A stretch of 64,000 bases of DNA from Planctomycetota bacterium (GCA_021776825.1 JAJFFG010000087.1:1850-65849); one strand, 5' to 3'; positions 8,489-19,002 are shown, counted from the stretch's first letter. Notes: generated from the sequence alone by a model not told the origin. Translations and numbers: made by a program.

Positions 8489-10255
8489 TCAGCGGAGGAG
8501 CGGGAAGCGCTCGACGAGCGGCCCGGTCGGCGTGGCCGACACGAGATAGATGCTGCGACCGAGCGGATCGAGGATCGCGGCCGGGCGAGACCGCCCGCTG
8601 GCCGCCACGATGGTGTCCGAGCCCGGGATCACGACGCCGTCGGAGTCGATGACCACGCAGTGCAACTCACCGGAGCCCGACGCATCGAGCGGAACGATGT
8701 AGTGCACGATCGTCGCACCGGACTCGCGGTCGTAGACGACCGCCGTCGAGAGCGTCTCGTCGGTCCCCGGGTCGGCGACCGGTGTCTGATCCGGGCCCTG
8801 GGACTGCCACACCGCGCTGTAGCCCTGGCGATGCAGGTCGCTGGAGAGGCCGAAGTCGCTCGTGTCCGGCGCCCAGAGGTCGAACACCGAGTCGTCCGGG
8901 TTCCACGCCACACCGGCGCCCTCGCCGTGGGTGAGCGGGCCACCACCGATCGGGATCGTTCCCAGCAGGCTGAAGCCGGAGTTGAACGTGTAGAGCCGCA
9001 CGTCGTGGCCGTCCGGAACCGGAAGACCGACCGAGACGTTGACGCCGTCGGTCGCCAGGAACGGATCGGAGATCGGCGTCTGCAGGTTCAGCTCGACCTC
9101 GACGAAACCGTCGCGCTGCAGATCCTGGCCGCGGACGTACGCAAGCCCGACGTTGGAGCCGGAGGCCGTGAGCCAGAGGATCGTGTAGCCACCCGGTGAC
9201 TCGACGATGCGATGGCTACCGAGTTGCTCTCCGGGCTGCATGTCGCCGGGGATGACGAACGGAATCGCATTCGGCGTGCCCGGCCGCGTGAAGAGATCCC
9301 GATCGATGAGCTGGCCGGCGATCTCGGGACCCGTCGGCCCGTTTTGGACCGCCGTCACGAGGATCGAGTTGGTGATCGGGTCGTACGCGAGTCCGCCCTC
9401 GCCGATGCCGAACGTCACCGCGCGTTCGGCATCCGCCGGGCGCACGCTGATGTCGATGCCGGGCGCGTTCGAGAGCGACATCGGGACGTTGCGACGCACC
9501 TTGTTCTGCGTGACCTTCACGGTCGCCTGGAACTGCCCGAGCGTGCCGCCGTCGCGGTAGCCGATCTCGAACGAGTGGGTCGCGTTGGCGACGGCCGTGA
9601 ACCGTCGCGAGACGTCACCTTTCTTGGTGATCTTCTTGACGGTGAACGGGAAGTCGACGTTCGCGAGCGGACTGACGTAGCGATCCACCTGAGGGATGTC
9701 GCCGGAGATCCGCTTGAGCTTCACGCTCATGACGTCGCGGTTCAGGAGCGGGACGGCGATCACCGGATTGGTCTCGTCGAGCTCGATGCGCAGCCGACTC
9801 GGCCGCACTGTCTTGAAGCTGCCGCGCGCGCCAAGCAGTTGGAGGTTGACGATGTTGCCGCTGTTCGTCTCGGAGACGACCTGATAGCGACCCGTCGCCG
9901 GCGCCACGAAGTCGCGCAGCTTCAGCGTGCTCTTGTTCGCACGGACGCGGGTCTGGGCGAAGAAGCGGCCCGTGTCGAGCAGGGTCTCGCCGTCCGGCCC
10001 GATGATGATCGTGCGATTGAAGCTGATCGGGATCTTGGAACCGGTCAGCGAGAACGTGAGCCGCGGCTCGACGCCCTCGGCGCAGTCGAACTGGATCCGG
10101 ATCGTCTCTCCGGGGGGCACCGAGCCGGTGATCTTGTTGCCGTTGGCAAGGAGCACGGTGCTCTCGGCGGCGGCGGGAACGGCCATCGCGACGAGTGCCG
10201 CGACAGCGAGACCCAGAGTGGAGAGGCCAAGAGCGGAGAGGGAAGACGATCGCAT
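8489..10255 (-). CDS. Secreted hypothetical protein (beta-rich, propeller-like C-terminus)
   Basis: 588-aa ORF, signal peptide ending AAA-E, host codon usage. Confidence 0.7.
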   Translation of the reverse strand: MRSSSLSALGLSTLGLAVAALVAMAVPAAAESTVLLANGNKITGSVPPGETIRIQFDCAEGVEPRLTFSLTGSKIPISFNRTIIIGPDGETLLDTGRFFAQTRVRANKSTLKLRDFVAPATGRYQVVSETNSGNIVNLQLLGARGSFKTVRPSRLRIELDETNPVIAVPLLNRDVMSVKLKRISGDIPQVDRYVSPLANVDFPFTVKKITKKGDVSRRFTAVANATHSFEIGYRDGGTLGQFQATVKVTQNKVRRNVPMSLSNAPGIDISVRPADAERAVTFGIGEGGLAYDPITNSILVTAVQNGPTGPEIAGQLIDRDLFTRPGTPNAIPFVIPGDMQPGEQLGSHRIVESPGGYTILWLTASGSNVGLAYVRGQDLQRDGFVEVELNLQTPISDPFLATDGVNVSVGLPVPDGHDVRLYTFNSGFSLLGTIPIGGGPLTHGEGAGVAWNPDDSVFDLWAPDTSDFGLSSDLHRQGYSAVWQSQGPDQTPVADPGTDETLSTAVVYDRESGATIVHYIVPLDASGSGELHCVVIDSDGVVIPGSDTIVAASGRSRPAAILDPLGRSIYLVSATPTGPLVERFPLLR

Positions 10256-10289
10256 GGGGGCTCGATTCTACGCGCCCGTGCCGGGCCCG

Positions 10290-10550
10290 TCAGAGCGCGG
10301 GCTCGATTCCCGCGCGATCGGCGATGTCGCGGAGCTCGTCGGGCGACTCGACGTCGGCGAGACGCTTGCCGCGGCGACGCAGTTCCTCGTTGAAGCGAAC
10401 GGCGCGCTCCTGCATCTCCTCGTGCGTGTCCCGACTCCCGCCCACGAGGAGGAACTCGGAACCGCGCGTCACACGGCGATGACCCTCGTCGTCGTCGAGC
10501 CCGACTCCAAGGAGGAGGGACTGACGCTGACGAGAAGGCGGCTGCGACAT
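10290..10550 (-). CDS. Small conserved hypothetical protein
   Basis: LLGVGLDDDEGHRRVTRGSEFLLVGGSRDTHEEMQERAVRFNEEL resembles a family I recall from PVC bacteria; ATG at 10550. Confidence 0.75.
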   Translation of the reverse strand: MSQPPSRQRQSLLLGVGLDDDEGHRRVTRGSEFLLVGGSRDTHEEMQERAVRFNEELRRRGKRLADVESPDELRDIADRAGIEPAL

Positions 10551-10600
10551 GTCCACAGTGTAGCGCCTCCCGAGTGGTGGGCAATCGGGAGGCGACCGAC

Positions 10601-10838
10601 GTGGCCCGGGTCGTTTACGAGGGCGTCGCGGGATCGCGGCGAGACCGAGGAACGGCATGGGTGAACCCAGTGATGCTTCGCGTCCGCCCGTCGCGCAGCG
10701 TCCTGGCGGCGCCGAGTGCGGGAGATCTCGTTCCGGAGACGCGCATGCACCCTCTAGATGCGGTTGGAAAGCGGCGCCGGGGCGGGAGATCGCGTGCTCG
10801 GGACCGCCAGGCGTGGCGCACTGAACGATGCGGGCCAG
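10601..10838 (+). mobile_element. About 240-bp MITE-like repeat, copy A
   Basis: Both ends and the interior align with 22997-23235 (e.g. CACTGAACGATGCGGGC(C/T)AG at the right end). Confidence 0.7.
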
Positions 10839-10939
10839 AGCGTCGCGCAGCCTCGACCACACCGGAAATCACCGCCCACTGCACCCGATCTGCGTGACCG
10901 GTGCATACTGTGGGTCGAGGTCACGAGGAAGGACGCCCG

Positions 10940-13324
10940 ATGCCGGCCTGGAACGAGGAGAACGCAGCGCACCTGCTGCGTCGTGCAACGCACGGCCCCC
11001 GCCCCCGAGACATCGCCCGCGCACTGAAGCGCGGCTTCGACCGGACGCTCGAGGATCTGTTCGAGCCGCCGCGTGGCAACGACCGCTTCCCCCGCGGCGC
11101 AGAGGATCTCAGCGATCTGCAGGGCTGGTGGCTCAAGCGGATGACCCGCGGCAAGGCGCCGCTGACGGAGCGCATGACGCTGCTCTGGCACAACCACTTC
11201 GCCACGAGCCACTCGAAGATCGACGACCTCTTCCTGATGCACCTGCAGAACCGGACGCTGCGGCGCGACGCGCTCGGGTCGTTCCGGGAGCTCGTGCTCG
11301 CGATGGCGCGCGACCCCGCGATGCTCATCTGGCTCGACAACGAGACAAACGTCGCCGGCAACCCGAATGAGAACTTCGCGCGGGAGCTGATGGAGCTCTT
11401 CACGACGGGCGTCCTCGACAAGGCCGGGCAACCCAACTACACGGAGCGCGACGTCGAGGAGGCCGCGAGGGCATTCACGGGTTGGGGACGTGACGACGAG
11501 TTCTTCGAGTTCAACGAGGACCTGCACGACTTCGGTCCGAAGACCTTCCGCGGGCTGTCGGGGGATCTCGACGGCACGGACGTCATCGAGCAACTCGTGA
11601 CGGATCCGGCGACCGCTCGTCGCGTCGCGTGGCGCATCTACTCGTTCTTCGCCCACCCGGTCGATCTCGCCGACCCGGTTCTCGACCCGCTCGAGAGCGC
11701 GTACCTGGCGAACGACACGGCACTGCGTCCCGTGCTGGAGGCGCTGTTCCAGAGCGACGCCTTCTACTCGGCCACCGTTCGACAACAGCATGTGAAGAGT
11801 CCCGTCGAACTCGCGGTGGGCGCGGTCCGCCAACTCGGCGTGAAGATCGCGGGCAACCGTCACTGGGAGCTCGCCGAGTGGTGCACGGCGATGGGCCAGT
11901 CACTGTTCGCGCCGCCATCGGTCTTCGGCTGGAAAGAAGGGCTCGCGTGGGTGGGCACTTCGGGGATGCAGGTGCGTTCGGAGTTCGCGGCGTGGCTGAC
12001 GGCGACGCGGGGCGGGCAGACGACGCCGCGCGTCCGTTTTCGACCGGAGCCGCTTCTCGGCTCGCGCCGGGCGCGCAAGAAGCTGATGGCCTGCACACGA
12101 CGCGACCTCCTGAAGGGCATGCTGGCCGGTGCTCCGTTCGTCTTCCGAGGTCCTCAGTCGTTCGTCCGCGCGGCGTTCGGCGGTGGGACGGGAACCCGCA
12201 ACCTGATCCTGTTCGAACTGTTCGGTGGCAACGACGGGCTCAACACGATCGTGCCGTTCGGTCTCGACGGCGGCGTGTACTACGACGAGTACCGCCAGCG
12301 ACTTGCCGTGGCCGAGAGCACGCTGCTGAAGATCGACGACCGGCTGGGATTCCATTCGGCGATCGCGGAGTTGAAGTCCGTGTACGACAGCGGCCGCATG
12401 GCGATCTGCCAGGGTGTTGGCTACCCCACACCCAACTTCTCGCACGAGACCTCTGCCCAGATCTGGGCCTCCGGCGATCCGACCGCAAGCGAGAGCTCGG
12501 GCTGGTTCGCGCGGCACCTCGCCCGACGCCCGCCGACCGACTTTCCGTGCTCCGCGGACCTGTCCGGCACGATCGGTGGCGTGCTCCGCGGGAGCGGGCT
12601 CTTCGCGCCCGGTATCGAGTCGGTGGAGCGCTTCGCGTTCCCGGTGGACTTCTTCCACCCGCGCGAGCTCGGCAATCGGCGGACGGCCTATGATGCCATG
12701 GTCGCGGGCTTGGACGGTGCCACCGGTCCGGTCGGCGAGATCGCGCGCACCGCGGGCGGCCTGCTGGACCTGATCGACACGTTCGCCACCGTGCCGGCGT
12801 TCCCGCACGTCGGCGCGTACCCCGACTCGCCCGAGTCGACCGGGCTGCAGGAGACGGTGCGACTGATCGATGCGGATCTCGGACTGCGAACGTTCCACGT
12901 CGGCATCAGCGGCTTCGACACGCACTCGAAGCAGGACCAGGGTGAGTACCACGCTCAGCTCCTGCGCAACGTGTCCCAGGGCGTTTCGGCCATGATCACG
13001 GACCTCGAGTCGGTCGGTCGGATGGAGGACACGCTGATCGTCGTCTACTCCGAGTTCGGGCGCACCGTGTACGAGAACGGCAGCGAGGGCACCGACCACG
13101 GCACGGTCGCGCCCGTGTTCGTCATCGGCGACTCCGTCCGCGGCGGGCTGACCACCCCGCACCCGGGCCTGCGCGTCGACGACCTCACCGAGGACGAGGG
13201 CGAGCCGTCGCTGACGACCGACTTTCGCGACGTCTTCGGAACGGTGGTCGACCGCTGGTTGGTCGACGATCCGAACGCCGTGTTCCCGGGGCACGGGTAC
13301 ACGGACCTCGGCTTCTTGGGGTAG
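10940..13324 (+). CDS. DUF1800-DUF1501 in-frame fusion
   Basis: DUF1800 motifs ERMTLLWHNHFATS, PNENFARELMELFT, VKSPVE. DUF1501 begins MACTRRDLLKG at 12086 with GGNDGLN, GFDTH and SEFGRT...GTDHG. Confidence 0.85.
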   Translation: MPAWNEENAAHLLRRATHGPRPRDIARALKRGFDRTLEDLFEPPRGNDRFPRGAEDLSDLQGWWLKRMTRGKAPLTERMTLLWHNHFATSHSKIDDLFLMHLQNRTLRRDALGSFRELVLAMARDPAMLIWLDNETNVAGNPNENFARELMELFTTGVLDKAGQPNYTERDVEEAARAFTGWGRDDEFFEFNEDLHDFGPKTFRGLSGDLDGTDVIEQLVTDPATARRVAWRIYSFFAHPVDLADPVLDPLESAYLANDTALRPVLEALFQSDAFYSATVRQQHVKSPVELAVGAVRQLGVKIAGNRHWELAEWCTAMGQSLFAPPSVFGWKEGLAWVGTSGMQVRSEFAAWLTATRGGQTTPRVRFRPEPLLGSRRARKKLMACTRRDLLKGMLAGAPFVFRGPQSFVRAAFGGGTGTRNLILFELFGGNDGLNTIVPFGLDGGVYYDEYRQRLAVAESTLLKIDDRLGFHSAIAELKSVYDSGRMAICQGVGYPTPNFSHETSAQIWASGDPTASESSGWFARHLARRPPTDFPCSADLSGTIGGVLRGSGLFAPGIESVERFAFPVDFFHPRELGNRRTAYDAMVAGLDGATGPVGEIARTAGGLLDLIDTFATVPAFPHVGAYPDSPESTGLQETVRLIDADLGLRTFHVGISGFDTHSKQDQGEYHAQLLRNVSQGVSAMITDLESVGRMEDTLIVVYSEFGRTVYENGSEGTDHGTVAPVFVIGDSVRGGLTTPHPGLRVDDLTEDEGEPSLTTDFRDVFGTVVDRWLVDDPNAVFPGHGYTDLGFLG

Positions 13325-13362
13325 TCGGCGGGGGTGGCCACGCCGAGCGGCCCCCTTCGCTC

Positions 13363-13599
13363 GTACGGGCGGATCTCCTGATCCTCCCCGCCGACGCGCG
13401 GCGCACGGTCGACGCGGGCGGATGGCGGACCGCGAGCGTGCCCGGTGGTTCGCACAGTGCTCGGTCACAGGCGCTGCGACTCAACACGGCGCTGACCGAT
13501 TTCCGCCCGCATGTCGCGAGTCGCCCGCAGTCCGCCAGTGATCCTGCCTGGAGCGCATGACCCCAGCGGGCGCGGGCGGATCAGGAGATCCGCCCCTAC
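13363..13599. repeat. GTAG-type REP doublet (REPIN-like), copy 2
   Basis: GTACGGGCGGATCTCCTGATCCTCCC (13363-13388) and inverted GGGCGGATCAGGAGATCCGCCCCTAC (13574-13599); same family as 3383-3672. Confidence 0.8.
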
Positions 13600-13612
13600 G
13601 AATTGATCGCCG

Positions 13613-16600
13613 TCATTCCGGCATCCGCAGCTCCAGCCCCGTCGACCCGGCTTCCACATCGCCCAGCTCGACGAAGTTGCCGTGCGGCAAGGTGTTCCCC
13701 TCCGCGTCCGTCGCCTGGACGAACGCCTTCACGGCGTAGGTTGTCGCCTCCAGCCCCTGCGCTTCGAAGTTGCCGTCCGCGTCCGCCGTGACCCACGAGC
13801 TCGACTTACCGTCGGCCGCCTGGAACGACAACCCCTGCTTCGGCCGCGGATCGCCGTTGGCATCGACCACGCGCCCGCTCGCGGACAGGCCCTCCTCGAC
13901 CACGATGCGGACGATGGTCGTACCGGCGGCAACCGGACCGACGCGCGATGCGCGGTACACGCCGCCGCGCGCGACCAGGGTGTACTCCGCGTCATCCGCG
14001 AGGCCCTTGATCTCGAACCGGCCGTCGGCGCTCGATCCCACTCCGCTCGTCGAGTTCCCAGCCAGCTCCGCGTTGACGGGCACGGCGACGCCCTTCCCGG
14101 CGAGATCGACCACGATGCCGGAGATGCTCGACCCCTCGCTCAGCGAGAGTCGAAGGTTCGCCGTGCCCGCGGAGACGCGCCCGCCACCCTGCAGTACGAG
14201 GTGCTTGTCCTCGACCGTCTGACCGTTGCCGCGCCAGGTCTGTCGCTCGATCACGAAGTCGCCCGCCGCCAGTCCAGCGAACTCGAACTTTCCGTTCGCC
14301 GTCGTGGTCGTGTGCTTCCAGCTCTGCATCGTCTGCGGCTCGCCCTCCTCGAGCAGTCGCCGCGCGCTGAGTTGCTCGCCGACCCGCGCGGTCCCGCTCG
14401 CGTCGACCAGCTCGCCGGAGATCGAGAGACCGGACGAGAGCTGGATGACAATCTCCGCCCCGCCCGGAGAGATGCCCGCGCGCTTGACCTCCTGGTACCC
14501 GGCGTGCGCGTTCACGCTCAGCGTGAACGTGTCCGCGTCGAGTCCGACGATCTTGAACGCGCCGTCGGGCCCGGACTGGGTGCCGCGCCACATGATCGGC
14601 CGGCCGTCCGTCGGGGGGTTCTCGGGCTGTGCATTCACGTGCACGCCCGAGACGGCCTCCCCAGCGGGGTCGACGAGGCGCCCTTCGATGACATTGCCGG
14701 CCTCGGTCGTCAGCTCGAGATCGAGCGTGCCGGCCTCCACCGAGTCGATCGTCGCGGCCTTCACGTTGACCGACGAGTTCCAAGGCGCCTGGACCGTAAC
14801 GCGGTACTTGCCCGCGGCCAGATTCCGGACGCGAAACGAACCGGTATCGGTCGTGATGATCGTCTGCTGGACACCGCCGTACGGGTTGGCGGCCTGCTGC
14901 AGTGGCTGCGCCGAGATCTGCGCCCCGACCACCGGCGTCCCGTCGCCGAACCGCACCACGCCGGCGATTTCGAGCGCTGGCTTCAACTTGATGGAGACGT
15001 CCGTCATCTTCGGAAGCTCGACCGCCTTCGACGTGGCGACGTAGCCGGGAGTCGTGACGTCGGCGGTGAACTTGCCTTCACCGAGGTGAGCCAGCTCGAA
15101 GCGTCCCTCGGCATCGGTCACCGCGAAGATCGGACGCTGCTGATTCTGGGCGTACCACGGCTGCGTCGCGGCCAGCGGATGCTGGCGACCGAGCTTCACG
15201 TGGGCGCCGGCGATCGGGTCACCGGACGCCGAGTCGGTGACCACGCCCGTGAGCAGCGCCCCGGCACCGAGCTGCACGTCGACGACGTACTCGGACTGAC
15301 CCTCGACCACGTCGACCGGCTTGCTGGTCGTCGCGGCGAGACCGGACGCCACGGCGCGGACCACGAACTGGCCGCCTGACATCGGCATCGGCAGCTCGTA
15401 GCTCCCGTCTGCCAGGACGGGCACGCGCGCGGTCCACGCCCAGCGCCGGTCCGGGTCCTGCCAGTTCCACGGCTGGCTCGCGTTCGGCTTCGCGTGGCTC
15501 TGCATCTGGACGAACGCGTCGTCCAATGCGCCACCCTCGAGAGGGGAGATCGTGCCACGCACGGTTCCGGCCGGCTGGAGCTGGAGCCGAACGCCCTCGG
15601 TCTCGGCGCCGGCGCTGGCGCGGGTCTTCTCGGTCTTCGCGACGTAGCCGTCGGCGCGGGCCCAGACGGAGACGTCGACGTCGAGCGGAATGCCCTCGAG
15701 CCGGAATGCCCCCTTCGCGTCGGTCTCGACCGGTTCGCTGCCGCTCGGCTGACCCGTGATCTGCACCTTCGTGCCTGCGAGGGGCTCGCCCGAGATCGTC
15801 TCCACGTGACCACTCACGACACCACCGAGCGCCAGCTCCAGGTCCTTGGTGGCCGAGCCCTCCTCCTCGATCTCGACCGACCACTCCTCGGGGATGTTGC
15901 CGTTGTTCAGAGCCTCCCAGTAGTTGGCCGGGAACCCGGGCTGGAAGTGCCGGGCCGCCTTGACGGAGATCAGCGCCTTGCCCCCGTGCAGCCCCTCGAA
16001 GCGGTAGCGTCCCTGATCGTCGGCGACGGTGTTGTGACTGTTCCAGCCCTGGTTCACGCGCATGAGGTGCATCGTCACGTGCGCCCCGGGGAGAGGACCA
16101 TCGGGGCCCGTCAACGTGCCCTCGAGCGTCGCCGCCGGGCGTAGTTGGATATCGTGCGTGATGGTCTCGCCGGCCGTCAACGGGAGCTGCTGCCAAGGCT
16201 GCTGACCCGGCTCCCGCGCGATGACGTAGCCCTCTTTCTCGACCGCGACCTGATTCACGACGCACTCGAGCAGCGTATCGATGACGTATCTGCCGTCCGC
16301 ATCCGTGACGGCCACGGCCGTGCGGCTCGCGCCCTGCACCCAGCCGGAGGCCCGCACCGAGACGCCGACCACTGGTCCGCCGCCCTCCTTCAGCGTGACG
16401 GTGCCCTCGAGCCTCCCGCCGAGACGGAGCACGATGTCGAGCTGGCCGACCCGCGGCACCTCGACGAACGCAACCTGCGACGGGGCGCCGCCTGGCATGC
16501 CGACCCACACCGTGGTGTCGCCGACGTCGAGCGCGTCGAGGGAGTAGCGGCCCTCGGAGTCAGCGACCGTGCGCGCGTGCAACGGCGCGTTGTCCAGACT

Positions 16601-17458
16601 CCATGCGCCGCGCGCATCCATACCCATCACGAGCGCGTCGACGGCCGGCTTCCCGTCGTCGAACGTGATGCGGCCGGAGATGGTGTGGCCGGCGGCCAAG
16701 TGGATGGTGAGTTCATGCTCGTCCTCACCCGACTCCAGAGTGCGTCCGCGGACGCCGTTCGACGCGAAGCCGTCGGCTGTCGCGCGGAACGTGTACTTGC
16801 CGACCGAGATCGCGGGGAAGCGCGCCTTGCCATCGGCTCCCGTCGTGACATGCACGACCGAAACGGGCGCGACGCCGACCTGGGCCATGCGCTTCGACCA
16901 GTCGTAGCCCCACGAAGCCTCCTGCGTGACGAACGCATCGACACGCGCGCCGGAGACCGGCGCGTCCCGCAGATCCTTCACGGTGACCGTCACCGACACC
17001 GCGACGTCGAGGCGCAGCTCGCCGACGTTGCGCTCCTCGCGACGGTCGAGCGCGATGCCCGGCACGCGGATGGGGGCGAACTCGTCGACCGTCACCGACA
17101 GCTCGTACGGACCGCCGGCAGGCAGCGCGTCGAAGCGGAAGGCGCCGCTCGCAGACGTCGTCGTCTTCCACGCGGGGGTCCCGTCGCGCGCGAGCGTCAC
17201 TTCGAGGCCCGCCGCAGCATCGCGCTTCTTGCCGCGCACCACGGTGCCGAGGACCGCAGCGGTTCCCTCGCGACCCGCGCGCTTGCGTCCCGGACCGGCC
17301 TCGACGGTTGCCGCTTCCGGTGTGGCGGCGACGTCGGGCGCCGTTTCCTCGCGTGGCGGTTCCACGCCGGGGTCCTGCATGACGACCCACAGCCCGAGAC
17401 CGATCACCCCCACCACGCCCAATGCGAGCGCGGCCAACGCCATGCGCTGTCGTCCCAT
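13613..17458 (-). CDS. Membrane-anchored protein with tandem carboxypeptidase-regulatory-like (Cna-B-type beta-sandwich) domains
   Basis: N-terminal TM; many repeats of G.V.D..G.PV.GA.V...TD..GRF....L..G.Y; 1281 aa. Confidence 0.85.
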   Translation of the reverse strand: MGRQRMALAALALGVVGVIGLGLWVVMQDPGVEPPREETAPDVAATPEAATVEAGPGRKRAGREGTAAVLGTVVRGKKRDAAAGLEVTLARDGTPAWKTTTSASGAFRFDALPAGGPYELSVTVDEFAPIRVPGIALDRREERNVGELRLDVAVSVTVTVKDLRDAPVSGARVDAFVTQEASWGYDWSKRMAQVGVAPVSVVHVTTGADGKARFPAISVGKYTFRATADGFASNGVRGRTLESGEDEHELTIHLAAGHTISGRITFDDGKPAVDALVMGMDARGAWSLDNAPLHARTVADSEGRYSLDALDVGDTTVWVGMPGGAPSQVAFVEVPRVGQLDIVLRLGGRLEGTVTLKEGGGPVVGVSVRASGWVQGASRTAVAVTDADGRYVIDTLLECVVNQVAVEKEGYVIAREPGQQPWQQLPLTAGETITHDIQLRPAATLEGTLTGPDGPLPGAHVTMHLMRVNQGWNSHNTVADDQGRYRFEGLHGGKALISVKAARHFQPGFPANYWEALNNGNIPEEWSVEIEEEGSATKDLELALGGVVSGHVETISGEPLAGTKVQITGQPSGSEPVETDAKGAFRLEGIPLDVDVSVWARADGYVAKTEKTRASAGAETEGVRLQLQPAGTVRGTISPLEGGALDDAFVQMQSHAKPNASQPWNWQDPDRRWAWTARVPVLADGSYELPMPMSGGQFVVRAVASGLAATTSKPVDVVEGQSEYVVDVQLGAGALLTGVVTDSASGDPIAGAHVKLGRQHPLAATQPWYAQNQQRPIFAVTDAEGRFELAHLGEGKFTADVTTPGYVATSKAVELPKMTDVSIKLKPALEIAGVVRFGDGTPVVGAQISAQPLQQAANPYGGVQQTIITTDTGSFRVRNLAAGKYRVTVQAPWNSSVNVKAATIDSVEAGTLDLELTTEAGNVIEGRLVDPAGEAVSGVHVNAQPENPPTDGRPIMWRGTQSGPDGAFKIVGLDADTFTLSVNAHAGYQEVKRAGISPGGAEIVIQLSSGLSISGELVDASGTARVGEQLSARRLLEEGEPQTMQSWKHTTTTANGKFEFAGLAAGDFVIERQTWRGNGQTVEDKHLVLQGGGRVSAGTANLRLSLSEGSSISGIVVDLAGKGVAVPVNAELAGNSTSGVGSSADGRFEIKGLADDAEYTLVARGGVYRASRVGPVAAGTTIVRIVVEEGLSASGRVVDANGDPRPKQGLSFQAADGKSSSWVTADADGNFEAQGLEATTYAVKAFVQATDAEGNTLPHGNFVELGDVEAGSTGLELRMPE

Positions 17459-17546
17459 ACGATCCTCCCGCCTTCCCTATCTTGGACGATGACGGCCTCC
17501 CAGAGCGCCGGGACTTTCCCAAGCGCCATTTGGCTAGGCTCGTGCG

Positions 17547-18455
17547 ATGCGACTCGGACCTCTCGTCGCGGCATGCTCCCTGCTCCTGTTGGGCCCCACC
17601 GCAACGGCGCAAGACGAACCGGACCCCGACGCGAAGATCTGGGTCCTCGCGTTCGGCAACGTGCAGCTCTGTGCGACGCCGGACGCCTACCCGACGTTCT
17701 GCGAGAAGAACGCCGCGCGACCCCGTGGCGCGCTGCGGACCGAGACCGTCGCCCGACTCAAGGAGATCGCCGACGCAGAGCGACCCAAGATCCTGAAGGC
17801 GCTCGGCGACCCCAAAGTCGTGCTCCCGCTGTGGATCGTGAACGGTGTGGCGCTGCAGGTTCCGCGTAGCGCCGTGGAGACACTCCGGGAGCACGAGGAC
17901 ATCCGCTTCGTCTATGGCTGGGACTTCACGCAGAACAGCCCCGAGGTTCTCGACATCGGGAAGCGCCAGCACGGCACGCTCACGAGCAGCCTTGCGGTCG
18001 GAGATGGAACCGGCGGGACCATCACCGGTGTCGCGCCACGCGCCCGCCTCATGCCCATCCGCGCTTCAGGCGGGCCGTATCGCGCGGGACTCGCGATGCA
18101 GTACGCGATCGAGCAGGCCGGCGACGTGCTCTCGATGAGCTTCTCGATCCCGAACCTCGGCCATGGCCGGGGTCTGTGGCGCACGATGGCCGAGCATGCG
18201 TCGGCCGCTGGCCTCGTGCTCGTCTCCGGGTCGGGCAACTCGCTCTCGGCGCCCCAGGTGGCCGGGATCTGCGCGCTCATGCTCTCCGCCAACCCCGATC
18301 TTTCGCCGTGGCGCGTGAAGGCGATCCTCGAAGAGACCGCGAAGGACATCAAGCCGAGGGGCAAGGACCCCGAGACCGGCGCGGGACTGGTCAACGCGTT
18401 CAAGGCCGTCGAGCAGGCGAAGAAGGAGGTCCGCGTCGCGGAGACGCCCAGATGA
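17547..18455 (+). pseudogene. Subtilisin-like S8 peptidase with internal deletions
   Basis: Signal peptide, propeptide, HGT (His) and GNSLSAPQVAG (Ser) motifs present. The catalytic Asp (D-T/S-G) region and the segment between the oxyanion Asn and the Ser are absent; only 302 aa. Confidence 0.7.
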
Positions 18456-18497
18456 GGACCAGACCGGATAAGAACCAGAGCAGATGAGGAGAAGCCG

Positions 18498-19001
18498 TTG
18501 AGCACGATCCGTCGACTGACCGCCGCGGACGCTCTGATCTATCGCGCCGTGCGCGAGCGCGCGCTCGAGGAGCACGCCGACGCGTTTCTGACCAGCGTGG
18601 CGGAACAGCGAGCGCGGCCGATCGAGGAGACCGAGAAGCGTCTCGACGGAGGGACGGGCGCCGCTGTGTTCGGTGCGTTCGTCGGCGACCAGTTGATCGG
18701 GATCTCCGGCCTCTACCCGCTACCGAACGAGAAGCTCGCTCACCGCGCGATGCTCTGGGGCATGTACGTCGCCACCGAGCACCGCGGGCGCGGACTCGGA
18801 CGTGACCTGCTGCGCGCCGTCGTCGCGCACGCCCGGACCGTGGACGGCGTGGTCGCCGTCGGCCTGAGCGTCAACGCGAACAACACGCGCGCCCGCGAGC
18901 TGTACGTGGCGGAGGGCTTCGTGCCGTGGGGGCTGGAACGCGACGCATCGCGCAGCAGCGGCGTCTCCTGGAACGAAGAGCACCTGCGCCTCGAACTCTG
19001 A
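18498..19001 (+). CDS. GNAT family N-acetyltransferase
   Basis: WGMYVATEHRGRGLG acetyl-CoA motif, N.RARELY..EGF; TTG start after GAGGAG. Confidence 0.9.
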   Translation: MSTIRRLTAADALIYRAVRERALEEHADAFLTSVAEQRARPIEETEKRLDGGTGAAVFGAFVGDQLIGISGLYPLPNEKLAHRAMLWGMYVATEHRGRGLGRDLLRAVVAHARTVDGVVAVGLSVNANNTRARELYVAEGFVPWGLERDASRSSGVSWNEEHLRLEL

Positions 19002-19002
19002 G

